Positions 51,399 to 64,000 of a DNA stretch of 64,000 nucleotides are shown here, in pieces (within the stretch, counting starts at the first letter, position 1; each line of letters starts with the position of its first letter). The notes beneath the pieces are model-generated. The model saw only the letters and a program-made list of their open reading frames with translations. It was not told the origin of the DNA and made no database searches. Origin of the DNA: Psilocybe cubensis (taxonomy: Eukaryota); NCBI GenBank assembly GCA_017499595.2, contig CM039007.1, forward strand, positions 2,914,001-2,978,000, read 5' to 3'. Position numbers and translations under genes: made by a program.

Positions 51399-51498
51399 NN
51401 NNNNNNNNNNNNNNNNNNNNNNNNNNNNNNNNNNNNNNNNNNNNNNNNNNNNNNNNNNNNNNNNNNNNNNNNNNNNNNNNNNNNNNNNNNNNNNNNNN
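51399..51498. other. Assembly gap (100 N)
   Basis: Exactly 100 N. Confidence 0.99.
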
Positions 51499-54400
51499 CA
51501 ATGTCTTTCCTGCCACAAAGGCATGAATTATTGCAGACAGGGTATCAATCATGTTTCCAGCAGAATAAAAATGCCCGCCATGGCAAACTGTGTCAAATGG
51601 TGTATACACCATATGCAAGGTATTTGGTCTCATTATGCTGAAGCATACATATGTCAGTTTTTATGTTTTTGTTTTTCAGCTTAATAAAACTCTTACAGCT
51701 CCGTTCCTGGTACAAGTACAATGGCCTCCACGTCCAGTACAGAGCTACATGCACTATCAAATTGATAGGAATCAGATAAGAAAAAGGATGTGTCATGCAT
51801 AGAGCGATATTTTGGATCCTTAGGACGCGCCAGTAACCACAGCTTGGCTCCACATTTGGTTTCAATATACGTTCCCAATCCATTACTGGCCATGTGCCAT
51901 CCATGAAAAGCACCTTTTGTTGCAGCTAAAGCCCAGCGACTGTGTCCCACCACAAAAGCCCTTGATGACTTCCAGTCACCCATTGTATTGAATAGCGCAA
52001 TGTAATCTGTACTGACTTCCAAGTCCCTCATCCCCTTCATCTCCATGGGTATGTCTAAAACATTCAATATCTTGTTGATACCCTTGAACGATGCCTGGTA
52101 AAGCTGGTCCAATGTTCCAGTGCGTATGCGGAGGTTTAGATCTCCGTTCTCAGGGACTATTGACAGATCTGCAATGTGTACTTAGCAATAAGGCAATCTA
52201 CCATAGTCTTATAAAAACTCACCATGTACTGCTCGGGGTGCCGTCAGGGATCCCAAACCTCGTAGTGCAGCACGAAATTCTTTGGGTTCCCCATTCCTTA
52301 AAGGGCATGTCACATCTGTTTCTTTCACTACAATATGTTGGTCTCGAAGAATAAACAGCAAATCATTGGCCCCCAAACTATTGTAAACTTCTCGATCCAA
52401 TATACGGATCATGGAGTTTTTTGGGTCTGTCAAAAATTTTGGCTTTCCTTTGATCATGTCGGCTATCTGGTCTAGCGTTGCCAGGGTTTCTTCATTCTAA
52501 TTACAACATGTCAGTATCATATCAAAATTTTGTTATAAATAATACATACGTGGGCAATAAGGTCAATACTATAGCCTTTGCCAGTTGCTGAAAACACTAC
52601 AGGCTTCTTTGTTGACCAATGAATTTTAACTTGCTGCTCCAGATCCAGCGTAATTTCTCTTGGCGTAAAAAAAACACGTCTTTCCATACCCATGTAGATG
52701 ATATCGTCATTGTCAGATTCAGAATTGTTCACTGTTGATGCACTAGGTTTGCTCTGTGTGTGACCTTTGCGCTTTGGAACAGACTGTAGGCCCAGTTGGG
52801 AAGGCATCTTTGCCTTGTTGTAAGGAGATATTCCTGCAAGTTGAACTGAGTTGTTTGCACATCCGTCTGTTGTATCCACTGTCATATCAACATCTTTCCC
52901 CATGCACTCTTTGTCTTTCTTTGACCTGGATGTGACTTTGTCCATATTATTCTTCTTTCCAATAGTCTTGTACATCTCATTCTCTCCACCTGCAATATCA
53001 TCTTGTGTGTCATTACTCCTTCCACCGGCCGGGTCCACATCCATGTTTTCAATACCATTCGCATTTTCAGTTGTTGTAGTTTCTCCCTGTCTAGGTGGCG
53101 CCATTATCAGCAATCTTGATTGAGAAGACTGTACCAGTGACTTGAATGGAGATGTTAGGTCTTCATTCATTGGCGAGTCCGGCAACTCTGTAATAAAGGC
53201 TGTTTGAAAAGGAGACATTGAGGTAGCTGCAAACAAGCATGAGTATCTAAAACACCTTCACAAACAGTCATACTTACGGTTAAAATAAAAGACCCCGTCA
53301 TTTATATCTGTAGCGTTCTCCCATTGTTTCCACTCCGGAGACAGAACCAACTGGTGCAATTCCTTCTCTGTGTCTCCATGCCCTGAAATGTTCCACAACG
53401 CTTTCCAAATGGCCAACTCCACGTTCTTTAGCAGGTCTGGTTTGTCATTCCCAATTGACGTACAAAGACGCCATAAATCTATCTGACTTGGGCGTTTTTT
53501 GTAAAGTGTGCTTGTACTGAGCAGTATAATGGGGGACATCATGAGGGCTAATTGTAGTGGTACCCGCATGTTTGTGGCATTATTTTTGATGAACTTTGCA
53601 AGCCGTTGGTCATCTATAGATTCTCCTAGATCCTTTGTTAAGAACTGCTCATCCATGCCTTCAATGCCAGTATTTGAGGAAAATGTCCAATTAGCGTCCC
53701 GAAGCACTGACAAGTGCAATGCAGCCGCTTCAAAATTGCCACAAATTGTGTAATACTTCTTTGCATGATGGGTGGAAGAAAGTGAAAGCAAAAGCTTGAG
53801 AATGATTGAGGGCTGTATGCTTTGAGGGGATAGGCTTGAAGGTTTGTCAAGATGCGGTGAGGAGGTAATGATTTTGCGAGCTTGTTGAAGTGTATTAGGC
53901 CACTCCCGAACAACATCCCAGCCCTGTTCCATTGTATCAGTCATCAACCTATTTCATGTTTTGCCTGCTCACCTTGAAATGTTGCAGAGTCTCTGCTGTC
54001 CATGTAGTTGGCCGCAAGATATTTAACGGCACTGGTGGGACTGACAATCCCACAATTGACGGGTGTCTAGCAACACAATCAACCAGATGATATGCAACAA
54101 ACAGGTTGGTAGCAATTTCATAGCAGGGGCCTATACTTGGATAGGCCATTTCAGCCCCTCCCACATCATGGTAGCCAAGGATAGCTCGTGTGTTACGAAA
54201 ATGCACTGAATGGCTTTGTAACAAAGTATTCTCAAACTTCTCAATCTGTTGGGATAATTTCTGATATCTGGTCAGTAAACCCAAACAGAAGCAGTTTATC
54301 AATCCCACTTACATAGAGTGGGTGCTCTGTTGTTAATGACATTGATAATGGGCGGCTCAGCAGCATGGATTGGAACCCATGACGCTGTATATACGTGAAT

Positions 54401-54658
54401 CTGCACCGAGAGGGTTTGCCTAGGATGTTTATGGTTAGCCTTAGCCAGTCTTGCAAGCATTTAACCCACTTGATTCTTTTATACTGTAACTTTCGGCACT
54501 CATTGTACTATTTGACTGGTCTTGTTCTACGAGTAAGCTACTCTAATATGAACTGTAAAAGTAGGAAGAAGAGTTAAGATACAATGAACCGAACAGGCTG
54601 AACCCTCACACTTTAGGGCAGGGCGGACGATTTGATCCAGTGATGGCATCATGGCCAT
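51499..54658 (-). CDS. Second copy of the JmjC-like gene, 3' end lost in the gap
   Basis: Identical to 25927-29086. Confidence 0.6.
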
Positions 54659-54698
54659 CGCTTATGTGAGCACTTGACACTGACCAGTGCTCACATAA

Positions 54699-56230
54699 GG
54701 GGCATAGGAAAAAATAAGTGCAGCGCAAGTGCGCAAGTGCAAAACGTGCAAATGCAAGTGCACGGTGGCTGTGCTGCAGTGCAGTGCAAGTGCATTTGCG
54801 AGTGCATGCGAGTGCACGGTGGCTGTGCTCAAGTGCAGAGCAGTGCGCGCGCAAGTGCAAACATTAAAAAAACGCAAATGCACAGTCCGTTATAGTACAC
54901 AACGCTCTATACTTAATATACATGAACTGTATATAACTAATCAATGTAGTACCTAGGAGATTGAATGCTATTTCTTTGTTTTTGACTTCACTGCCTTTGC
55001 TGCAGTCCTATTTTCAGGGATAGGCCGTGGCCTAAGGATTCTCTTCTCTCCTACTAGGTTTGGCTTGGTGGGTTGTATAATTTTGACAAAGGTTGGGTTG
55101 ATAGGAATGATAGAAAGGCCATGTATCTTCTCAAAAAGTAGAGTGAGCCCTCCGTGAAGGTCCACCCTTTTCCGCTTTATAATTCACTTTTTGTCTGCCA
55201 GTGTTACATGAATGAATATCATCAGTCAACTGCCGTGAAAAATATCAAATAATAGTATATACTTACCTTTGACAGTATAGTCACGGTCTCTGATTCTAGA
55301 CATGTCACGCGTCAACCCCCAAAAAGCCTTCCATAGGCACGGTGACACTCGAGTATTATGCAGTGAACATAAGTGCACTCAAGTACAGTGCAAGTGCATG
55401 CAAGTGCAGTGCAAATGCGCGCAAGTGCAATGTAAGTGCAACGCAAGTGCATGCAAGTGCATGCAAGTGCGCGCAAGTGCACGTGAGTGCACGCGAGTGC
55501 AGTGCAAGTGCACGCAAGTGCAGTGCAGTGCAAGTGCAGTGTAACGCAAGTGCATGTGACATAAATGTGACATAAATTAGAAGGTTATCAGAGACGAGTC
55601 AATTATTGTGTAAATTCTAGCTGAATCCCCAGCTCTAAGCATATTTTATGGCTTTAACCGACTCCTTAATCCGACTAGCAAAATTTTTAGCAGGCAGATA
55701 TTGTTTTGCTTGATGTAGTACCTCATCATTGTAGAGAGAATATTCAAACTTATTTTCAATTTATTTCGCCCCAAGGTACCGAGAGAGAGTAAATAACACC
55801 ATTCTGGAAAATGGGTATACCACAAAGACCGAAATATATAAGTTTCATGTTTTATTTTCCCATACTCCAAGGCACAAGGTGTATTTACAACAAGTTCATT
55901 AGTACTTGTGACGACAGATCACAAGTCCGTGACAACACATCCCTGGCAGTGCAATATGGCAGAAAATGGCGCACAAACTGTCTGAAGCATATTTTAGAAT
56001 AAATAGTCTAACATAGGTAGTATTCAAAACTTATGCTAGCAGCCAAAATTGTTCATTTGCCTCAGACCTCAGTTGAACTAACAAACATGGCATGTTCTCC
56101 TCACTCGGCATGCACCGGCATCTTAGTCCCGAGGAAATATTGTGACATATTGACACACTGTCACGCGCACTTGCATTGCACTTGCATGCACTTGCATGCA
56201 CTTGCGTGCACTTATTTTTCTATTTGCCCC
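54699..56230. mobile_element. Second copy of the GGGGCA TIR element with the TCACATAA TSD
   Basis: Identical to 29127-30658, including the flanks. Confidence 0.85.
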
Positions 56231-58867
56231 TCACATAAGCGATACATGAACTGATATATGGTTTTTGTGCTTTTGCTTTTGTTATATTGTTCGACCGTTT
56301 GTATTATACTGCGATGTATTACATTGCACGACACGACAAAACACTATGTGATACAATGCGACGCTGTCCGACACGAAGCTGTACACCCCGACACAACACT
56401 ATACGCCTTGACTATACGACACGACACGGCAATAAACGATTAAACTAAACCAACACGTCGATGCGCACGCGCACAGACGATGGAGACTGGTATAGGCAAT
56501 GCACCGACAACCACACGCACACGCACACGCACACGCACAACCACCAGAAGCAACCCGCTCCATCCGCAGCACATGCACTCTACTTGGTACAGGCGCGTAT
56601 AATATAAAGCCTGCATGGCGCTCGGGCGTGCGGGTTGTTGTGCCTAGTGTGAATGCGGGGAGCGAGGGCGGGGTGGGTGCGTTGGTTGCGGGTCTGGGAC
56701 AGGGACATGGAAGGGGCGAGGGGAGGGGGAAGGGGAGGGGTTCGAGCGCTGTGTTGGCATTGTCGTCTATCTCTGCCTCTGCGTCTCTGTTGGCGTCGGC
56801 GCACGGATCTAAATCGACACTTTCACCGACGTCGATGTCTATATCTACATCTACATCTACATCTACTTCTACTTCTGTATCAACATCTAAATCTACATTC
56901 AATTACGCACGCACGTATCTATCTATTTAACTATCTATGTAAGGTGATCAAGCAAGTTAAAGAGGTAAACTGTGAAAATGTAAAAAAAAGTGAAAAGTGT
57001 GAAAGTAAACAGTGGGGACGGCGCACTGTCAATGGAGTGATGAAAACACGCTGCCGCGTATTCATCAGCATCTTCCACCACCGAATTCATGCGGCGTGCG
57101 ACGACGACACCAAAACCCATCCCAAGAGGTATTCAAGGCGCAGAGAGACTGTTGTTCTTGGTGGCTGTGAAAAACAAGTTATCTGTGCATTGTGCAACTG
57201 TGCTTCTATCTGGCTTCTATGTATGCGTATGTGCCCGTGGTCTGCTCCGTAGCTTTATTTTCTATTACGCAGTTTCAGATTCCTGCAGCTATGCATATCC
57301 CCGTCGGATCCAGTGCATGTACTGGGACCATGTGCGTTATCGTGCACGAACCCCGTGGGTTGGTATTGCGCTATCCTTGCTCTTCTTAACTTGTATCATT
57401 GTCCGGGAACAGGAGCTCTATGGAGGGGACGCACGTATATCAGTGCTCATTCATTTGCTGGACCTGTTTCTTATAAGCATTCTATGGGGTATCTTGACCT
57501 GTCCAACGGTTTGCTTCTGTGTCTGACTGTGCTTTATTTCCCATGTAGTCTTGGATGAAGGCTGCTTACACCTGACACACTATCCAAAACTGTGATGACG
57601 CACATGTTGACCCCTTTTCGTTGCTCCCTTCCCACCGCACTGACCTAGAATGCATACCACGGTCAGTACTTCAGGTGTTCTTGCACCTGAAAAATTCCCT
57701 GCTTTGTGAGCTCGAAGAAAGGTCGAGAATGGCTACGCACTTTATCTGAACTGTGCAAGGTGAAGGGGACACAGCTGCATTGTGCATCAACGGACTTGTT
57801 GAATGAGTAGTGGGACGGCTGATTTAGGACATCGCTGGTATGGTGAACAGCTATGTTCGGTTCCAAATCGGGATAGAGTGCGAGAAAGCCTCAGATTCAA
57901 GGAAATGGGGAGTCTCTCGATGCAGTTTTATGTGGTCTGGTCTTTGTTTGCAGCACCAAAACTGGTACTTCTGCTCCTATATCTTCGTCATCGATGGTCC
58001 TGAACACCTGAAGTTCTGACACGCCAGCCAGCACACACAACTAGGGGGAAGGACAACGGGTGGGTAAGAACTGTACCCATGATCGCCTCAACCTCATCCG
58101 TTGCACAGTGCGACTGGATTCGGTATGCGACCTGTGATACAAACTGATTGAGTTGGGTATTATAGCTAGGTTTCTCAGTCCGAAAATGTTAGAAAACGGT
58201 TGTTGTTTTCCCCAGATAGACTTGTAAAGGTCGGTAGCAGCTTAGGAGTACTGAACGGCTTTATGGGTAGATAGGGATTGCTATGTAATAATAAATCTGT
58301 AGTTCTAAAATTCATCAAGGTAGTTGTACAGAAACAATTTCGACTGGTTTATGAAAACCGACGTGGAGAGTGAAACGGATATCTGACCTGACAGCGTCAA
58401 TTACAGGGCACAGGAGGCAGAAGACAGGACCGTCATGGATAAAATCACGGTTTAGTAATGTACATACCTTCTTCGGTCGAACTCTTCCATCTTTTGAACC
58501 GTCTTCTGTCGGTCTACCGGTTCCTCCGACCCTCGTAGAGGAAGTCATGGTGTCATTACAGGAGTCCTTACAGGTTTGTGTGGTATATGACCTCTCAAGC
58601 CAGCCAATATCTGCCGTGCAAGATTTAATGAAGAGGCAGAAAGTTCATAATACATCATCTGGTACCTGTATTGCCTACTGTGAGCAAAATTCATCCCCTA
58701 AGCGTTAAGTACTTCCATAACAAAGATTGACTGGAATGCTTTCCGTATACACAGCCTCCCGAGAAAGCTTTCAAAACGCCAACAGGACTATACAGCGCAG
58801 TATAAAAAGCGCGGTTAGGCTGGTCTTCATTTCAAACAAGTGCACTCGTCTACCACCTGAGAAGATA

Positions 58868-60079
58868 ATGACTTTCATCGCCAACCACGTCTATACAATT
58901 GCCAGCAGGAAGCAATACAATGGGAACAACATGCTTCTAGCACTATTCCAAGGCAAGCCTGCAATTAATCAGTCCATCTATATTGACAATAATTGAGCCA
59001 TTACAGCAAACCGTGCAGATAACACTCCGTGTCAAGTTCACACCCAATCTGATACAGAGGAAACATTTAACCAACAGTGGCTGATCAAGGAGGTACCAGG
59101 AAAATGCCAGATCTACACTCTACAGAACTTGCGCACTGGCACATACCTTGACTTGTTTAACGGATTAAAAACCAACGGGACGAGGGTTGTAGGCTGGCAA
59201 CTTCTTCCCGGAACAGAATGGGAATCGGCCCAGCAATGGAGAATTATTTGTAACGGAAATTATATCAAGTAAGGTCCTCTTTTAAGACAGGAGCTTATGA
59301 ATGTGTTCCTGCGTAGGATTCAAAATGTGGCTGGTGGTACCTACCTTGATCTTGTCAACGGATGGTGTGCCCCAGGTTAGTTTTACCCCATCTTCTCATA
59401 ATTCGACAGTCAAAAAAACACGTCCCATTTAGGAACTCAAGTACATGGCTGGGTGGGCTATGCAACGGAGAGCCAAGACTGGTTCCTGCGTCGTATGAGT
59501 CGTACAGATGGCGATCTCATTGATATACTTGCCAAAGACACACACAACGCCAGTAACTTCCAGGGCTTCAGACAGGATTCCTTGTACGTCACCAATTTTT
59601 TATGAATATACTACACCCGGGCAACGCCGCTCCTTGTAGGTATATTGTACTCCCGAAGAGTGTCCGCCAAGCAATATACGTAAAATCGGGGTTGAAGAAC
59701 ATCAAGGTTAAGGGTCAGCTATTTGACAGTGAGTCAATTCAGCGAGTGATAATAATACAGGATTTCTTTGATCTTGATATTTGAAACACAGTCGATGACT
59801 ACGTCTTTGTTCTTAAGGCGGAAGTGGCAAAATGGGGCCTTGCTAATCTTGGAGCTGATGTATGCTCTTATGTTGACTTTGCTTTTCTTACCATTCACAA
59901 ACGCTGCGCCGTAGGACTTTGGAATTCTGTGGGGAGTAATGTTTGGTCAAAAAGGAACCCATTGCTTTGCCTACAATTTCTATCTCAACGACAACCTCGA
60001 CAATTTATTATTTTTCGATCTGGAAACTGGAGAAGAGAAGGTAGACATGGGGTATAAGGCCTTTTTTGCAGTGTACTAA
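58868..60079 (+). CDS. Second copy of the MOA-like lectin
   Basis: Identical to 33297-34508. Confidence 0.8.
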
Positions 60080-60972
60080 GCCTCACTATATTTGGACTCG
60101 CTTGTAACTCTTGGATAGTTTCTGTTAATCTGAGGGGTGTCGAGTGCATTGAAATCATGGTTAAAACTACAGAATTCCCGCCGCGCAGTATTCATACGGC
60201 TGTGTAAGTGGAGGTTTGTGAACCGTGGGAATTGATGTGCGTCAGAAGAAAGTCATATTGTACTTGTAAACTAGCGCATTCCCCTCATTATGCGTATGTC
60301 CATCTCATCTATCTCACAGATGGCGATACCATCTTCCATACCCACTGGAGGACTTCTAGTCCAACCGGTCCATCAAAGTAACTATTGTATGCACAACTCC
60401 ATCTAAAACGACCACGAATGGTGAGCTGTTGTCAGTATGACACAACTCATCCGGTGTTAACCTTCGACAAATAGATGCGACAGTAGAAGTTCTAAACCCT
60501 AAACCATAACCCAAAATTACCCTCCCACCTCAGGTCCTCATACTAGGTGCCACAGATTCCTCAGCTCTCAATGCGGACACTCCACGCAATAGTATCAGTC
60601 AGTAACATCCTCTACAGTGCGACAACCATTAAAGATTACTCGCAGGAGAGTTAATATATGCCACCACAGACCGCACTCGAGATATCAAAGGGCCGGAGTC
60701 GCTGTTGGACATGGTCTGTGCACTCTGAATACAGAATGGATCACACTTTTAAGTATCACAGCACCTTTATATGCATTAAATGTGTGTTTCTTAAATGCCT
60801 AAGTAGTGCCTGCAGCCGAATCAAACAATATTTATATGTTAGATGATAGCGGAATATTGCACACTGGGAGATATGTAGGATTTTATGTATATATGTAGAC
60901 AGTCTTTAAGCACAAAAAATGAGTGAGTCCCCAATGTTTTCTTGGAGAGGCTCCGTAAACCAGTGTGAAAAC

Positions 60973-61849
60973 CTAGTAATCGCTTCCGTTGGAGCCTGGG
61001 TCGTATCGCCACTGACCGCACAGGTCAGTCTCATATCCTCCTTGTTTGCCGTTTTCTCCACTGGTATTGCATCCGTCAAGTGGGAGCCTTAGAAGCCTGT
61101 TGCAGTTCCCATCGACTTTGAACGAGCAACTGGAAGACGAATAGGGATTCAGAAAATATTGGATAAATGTGAAAGGGCTCATAGCATACCCGTTGATTGC
61201 CTCTCCGCTCACTAGGATAGTGAATGTACCATAGTTGTAGCGTGCCTAAGAGGGAATACGTGGTATGTTTGTCAATCAAAATTATCATGGGAGATGAAAG
61301 ATATGCACCCATATAGTCTGGCCGTTGTTGACAACTTGGCCGATGGCACGGTTGCTATGTTGTATTGTCAACGTTAGTACGATAAATGACATGAAGCGTA
61401 ACTTACTTGCACCAATCATCAATAACGGAGGTAGACGGTGCCCGGTCAACCTAGCATTGAAACCACATTATTTAACCATTTGATCGATGATTCAGAAAGG
61501 ATTGCTTAGCTTACCTTTGTTCCCATGTTGTAGCATGTTAAAACCTCTGTACCGTATCGTTTTTCCAATGTGGTGTTTCCCGGAATGCTCTCTATAACAT
61601 TGTAGATATGTCATGAGTCAACATATTAAGGTTCCGGCTGGATGTAAAATTCTTACCGCCTGGCATAGTGATTCCAGTCTCTACAGAGATCCACTAAGAC
61701 GTCAAATACGTTTAAGTCAAATTTAGCTGGCCAACGAATATGCTTTGTTCTACCTTGTCGGCAACTGCGGGTGCCCTTTGTACTGCCGTTGCATATGCAG
61801 ATGAAAAGACACTGGCGACGGCAACAATGACGGCAAGTGGGAATTTCAT
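60973..61849 (-). CDS. Second copy of the small secreted Cys-rich protein
   Basis: Identical to 35402-36278. Confidence 0.7.
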
Positions 61850-63323
61850 TGTGATATATGTAAGTTGAAGCGGTGGTGCTCAAGTAAAGTGGGGGATTAG
61901 ACAGCTGTGGTGCTGGATAAAGATGTTCTGTGAAATGTGCAGCCTTTATACAAAATTGTCTGGACTTGTTAGTGTGATCATCTGTATTTCATTGGTCAGT
62001 TTATGAAACGTATACATTGGCATATTTTGGCAGAGATCTGATGCACCCAATAGAAGTAGGATTATTGTATCTCGTCTTATAATATCTGTCCGTTGAGAGC
62101 ATAGTTTAATCAGCGTGCTTGATCTGACAATAACTAGACTTACTACCTACCTACATGTGTTGTATTCAATATACAAGGTAATATCAAGCTACTCTAACTC
62201 AAACAATATGCCTTCAATATAGGAGGAATTTCTGAGTCCTACTTGCAAAACTGTTCAATAATTCTTACCTTGAACGATTGGACTTTGGAAATTGGAATCG
62301 CCCGTTTCTATAATTGTAGTATTGCAAGTCCGCCGCCCAGCCTCGGAGTAAATATGGAGAAACATGTGTGTGATGAGTCCACAAGTTGACATGATATGGA
62401 AGCCCCAGAGTTGACTAGTGATGCCAAGTCTTGTTGGGCTTCGGTTTAATTTTGGCAGAGAACATTGAAATCATTGGCGTCGTTTCTGTCGGTGAAGTTT
62501 CGATTAGCGCTGTATTCAGTAGAAATGAGAAAATTGTAGACTGAAAGACTATAAAGTTGCACACTCCAGCGGAGTTATATGCAATTAGCAATGTGGAGAA
62601 ACGAGTTACAACCCGCGAAGATCTCTCTGATGTTGGACAGCCTTGCGAGTCGAGATACGCACTCACCAGGAGCATATGGAATCAACTAATCTTCTTGATT
62701 TCATATGTGACAATTGGCTGGTATGGCGAACATGAGGACCAATGGAAGATACTATAACGTCTCGAAGGAGATGTAAGTAATATCTTACATTGAAATTGAG
62801 CATCTGGTGTATCAGATGAGCAGGTATGCGCCGCTGGCATAACTGATGCACTAGCTATTAGCAATGTCTAATTATAAACATAGTGAGTCTCGGGATAAAA
62901 ATATCCAGAAGAGAGTCGCCTAGACGCCCGAAAGCGTGGATTCTAACACAGTCCGGGTTTTACAGATGTTGGGTTGAACACATTAGCCGAAGATAGGAGA
63001 GAATAAAGGTGCTAGAACCTGAAAAGATCAGGTGAATGTATATTATGGTAGTGTAATTATTCCGACCTGGTATTCTGGCCCCGATCCCGACATCTCGGAT
63101 CAATATTTGTACGGACAAATATCAATCGGAACACATCCGGAGAACGCGGACATGGATCGGACCTCGAAAATTAGGATCACCGCGTGACCTCTGACCTGCG
63201 GAGTTCTAAATAGCTGAGTCAACCCGGGTCCCGACTCAATCGATTCCGGGAGAGAAGGGTACAAATAAGATTAACCACTTGAAATGTGAACGGTAAAATG
63301 CATTGATATTTCACCGTGACTAT

Positions 63324-64000
63324 TTAAGCTAGAACAATCTCTTTCCACACCCTCCCAGGAGGAAGAATGACATCGTCAAGGCAATCATTATATATGAACC
63401 CAATTCCTCGTCTCTCTGCGACAACCTTGTCATCTCCAATCCAAGAAATCAGCATAGCCCAAAAGAACGGCCGCTTATGCTTGATCTTATCGTTAAAGTA
63501 TCCTTCATATTTGTCCATGCTTGAAAGGAGTATGAGCTCGTGTGGCCCCTTCACCTTTTGCATCATTCGCGGGTTGTCTAGTTTGACCCCGCCACATTCC
63601 TTGCCTCTGTATCCTTTCAGAGAGTACACCATTGTCAATTCCTGCTGAGAGCCTGCGCGAAGCTTTTTTAAAGTTTCCACCATGACGGTGAACGCGAAGA
63701 AGTGCAAGAGGTGATAGTTGCGTTTGTCAAGCTCAGATTTAATGATCTCCTCACGGCGAGGATCATCCAGAGTTGGCTGTGTTTGAAGGCCGTCGAGAAA
63801 TGAAGGTTTAATACAACCGTAGGGGTCGTTGGGGGTAGGACGGTACGCAATGGTGTGCTCTCCAGGCACTCCATGAGCCTCTTGCGACGCGAGATCCCAA
63901 ATTAATTCCAAGTTGGCTGAATTTGGGCACCGCTTGAACCAAACTATATAAGTTTTCGTCTTCAGCCAGGAATTCGTTGAGTCGGGATCGCGTCCTGACG
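63324..64000 (-). CDS. 3' part of the second HET-domain gene copy (runs off the window)
   Basis: Identical to 37753-38429. Confidence 0.7.
   Translation of the reverse strand, partial: SGRDPDSTNSWLKTKTYIVWFKRCPNSANLELIWDLASQEAHGVPGEHTIAYRPTPNDPYGCIKPSFLDGLQTQPTLDDPRREEIIKSELDKRNYHLLHFFAFTVMVETLKKLRAGSQQELTMVYSLKGYRGKECGGVKLDNPRMMQKVKGPHELILLSSMDKYEGYFNDKIKHKRPFFWAMLISWIGDDKVVAERRGIGFIYNDCLDDVILPPGRVWKEIVLA

Larger units (their letters stand above)
51499..64000 (+). repeat. 12.5-kb near-identical direct duplicate of 25927-38429
   Basis: Identical ORF track at offset 25572 then 25571. The only difference noticed is AAA (31158-31160) vs AA (56730-56731). Confidence 0.97.

Overview
Eukaryotic fungal DNA, most likely an agaricomycete mushroom, inferred from short GT-AG introns and the gene families present. 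A 100-N scaffold gap lies at 51399-51498. After it, 51499-64000 is an almost base-identical second copy of 25927-38429, probably an assembly overlap or haplotig. The unique part contains a very large low-complexity PHD+SET (Set3/Set4-like) gene flanked by two oppositely oriented paralogous multi-TM membrane-protein genes, plus a JmjC-like gene. A defence-like cluster follows: a MOA-type ricin-B lectin whose protease triad is lost, a small secreted Cys-rich protein, a HET-domain gene with a premature stop, a signal-less subtilisin and another small secreted protein. At least five non-autonomous TIR DNA transposons were delimited from sequence: one inserted into a splice donor (7-bp TSD), one inserted into a perfect hairpin (8-bp TSD), a nested IS3EU-like pair (6-bp TSD) and a 474-bp MITE. 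The first 5.6 kb looks like the right arm of a decayed cargo-carrying element. It holds a SET-gene fragment, a convergent OB-fold-like / F-box+nucleotidyltransferase-like gene pair and four covarying ~41-bp hairpins. All family calls come from motif recognition only; no database searches were run.
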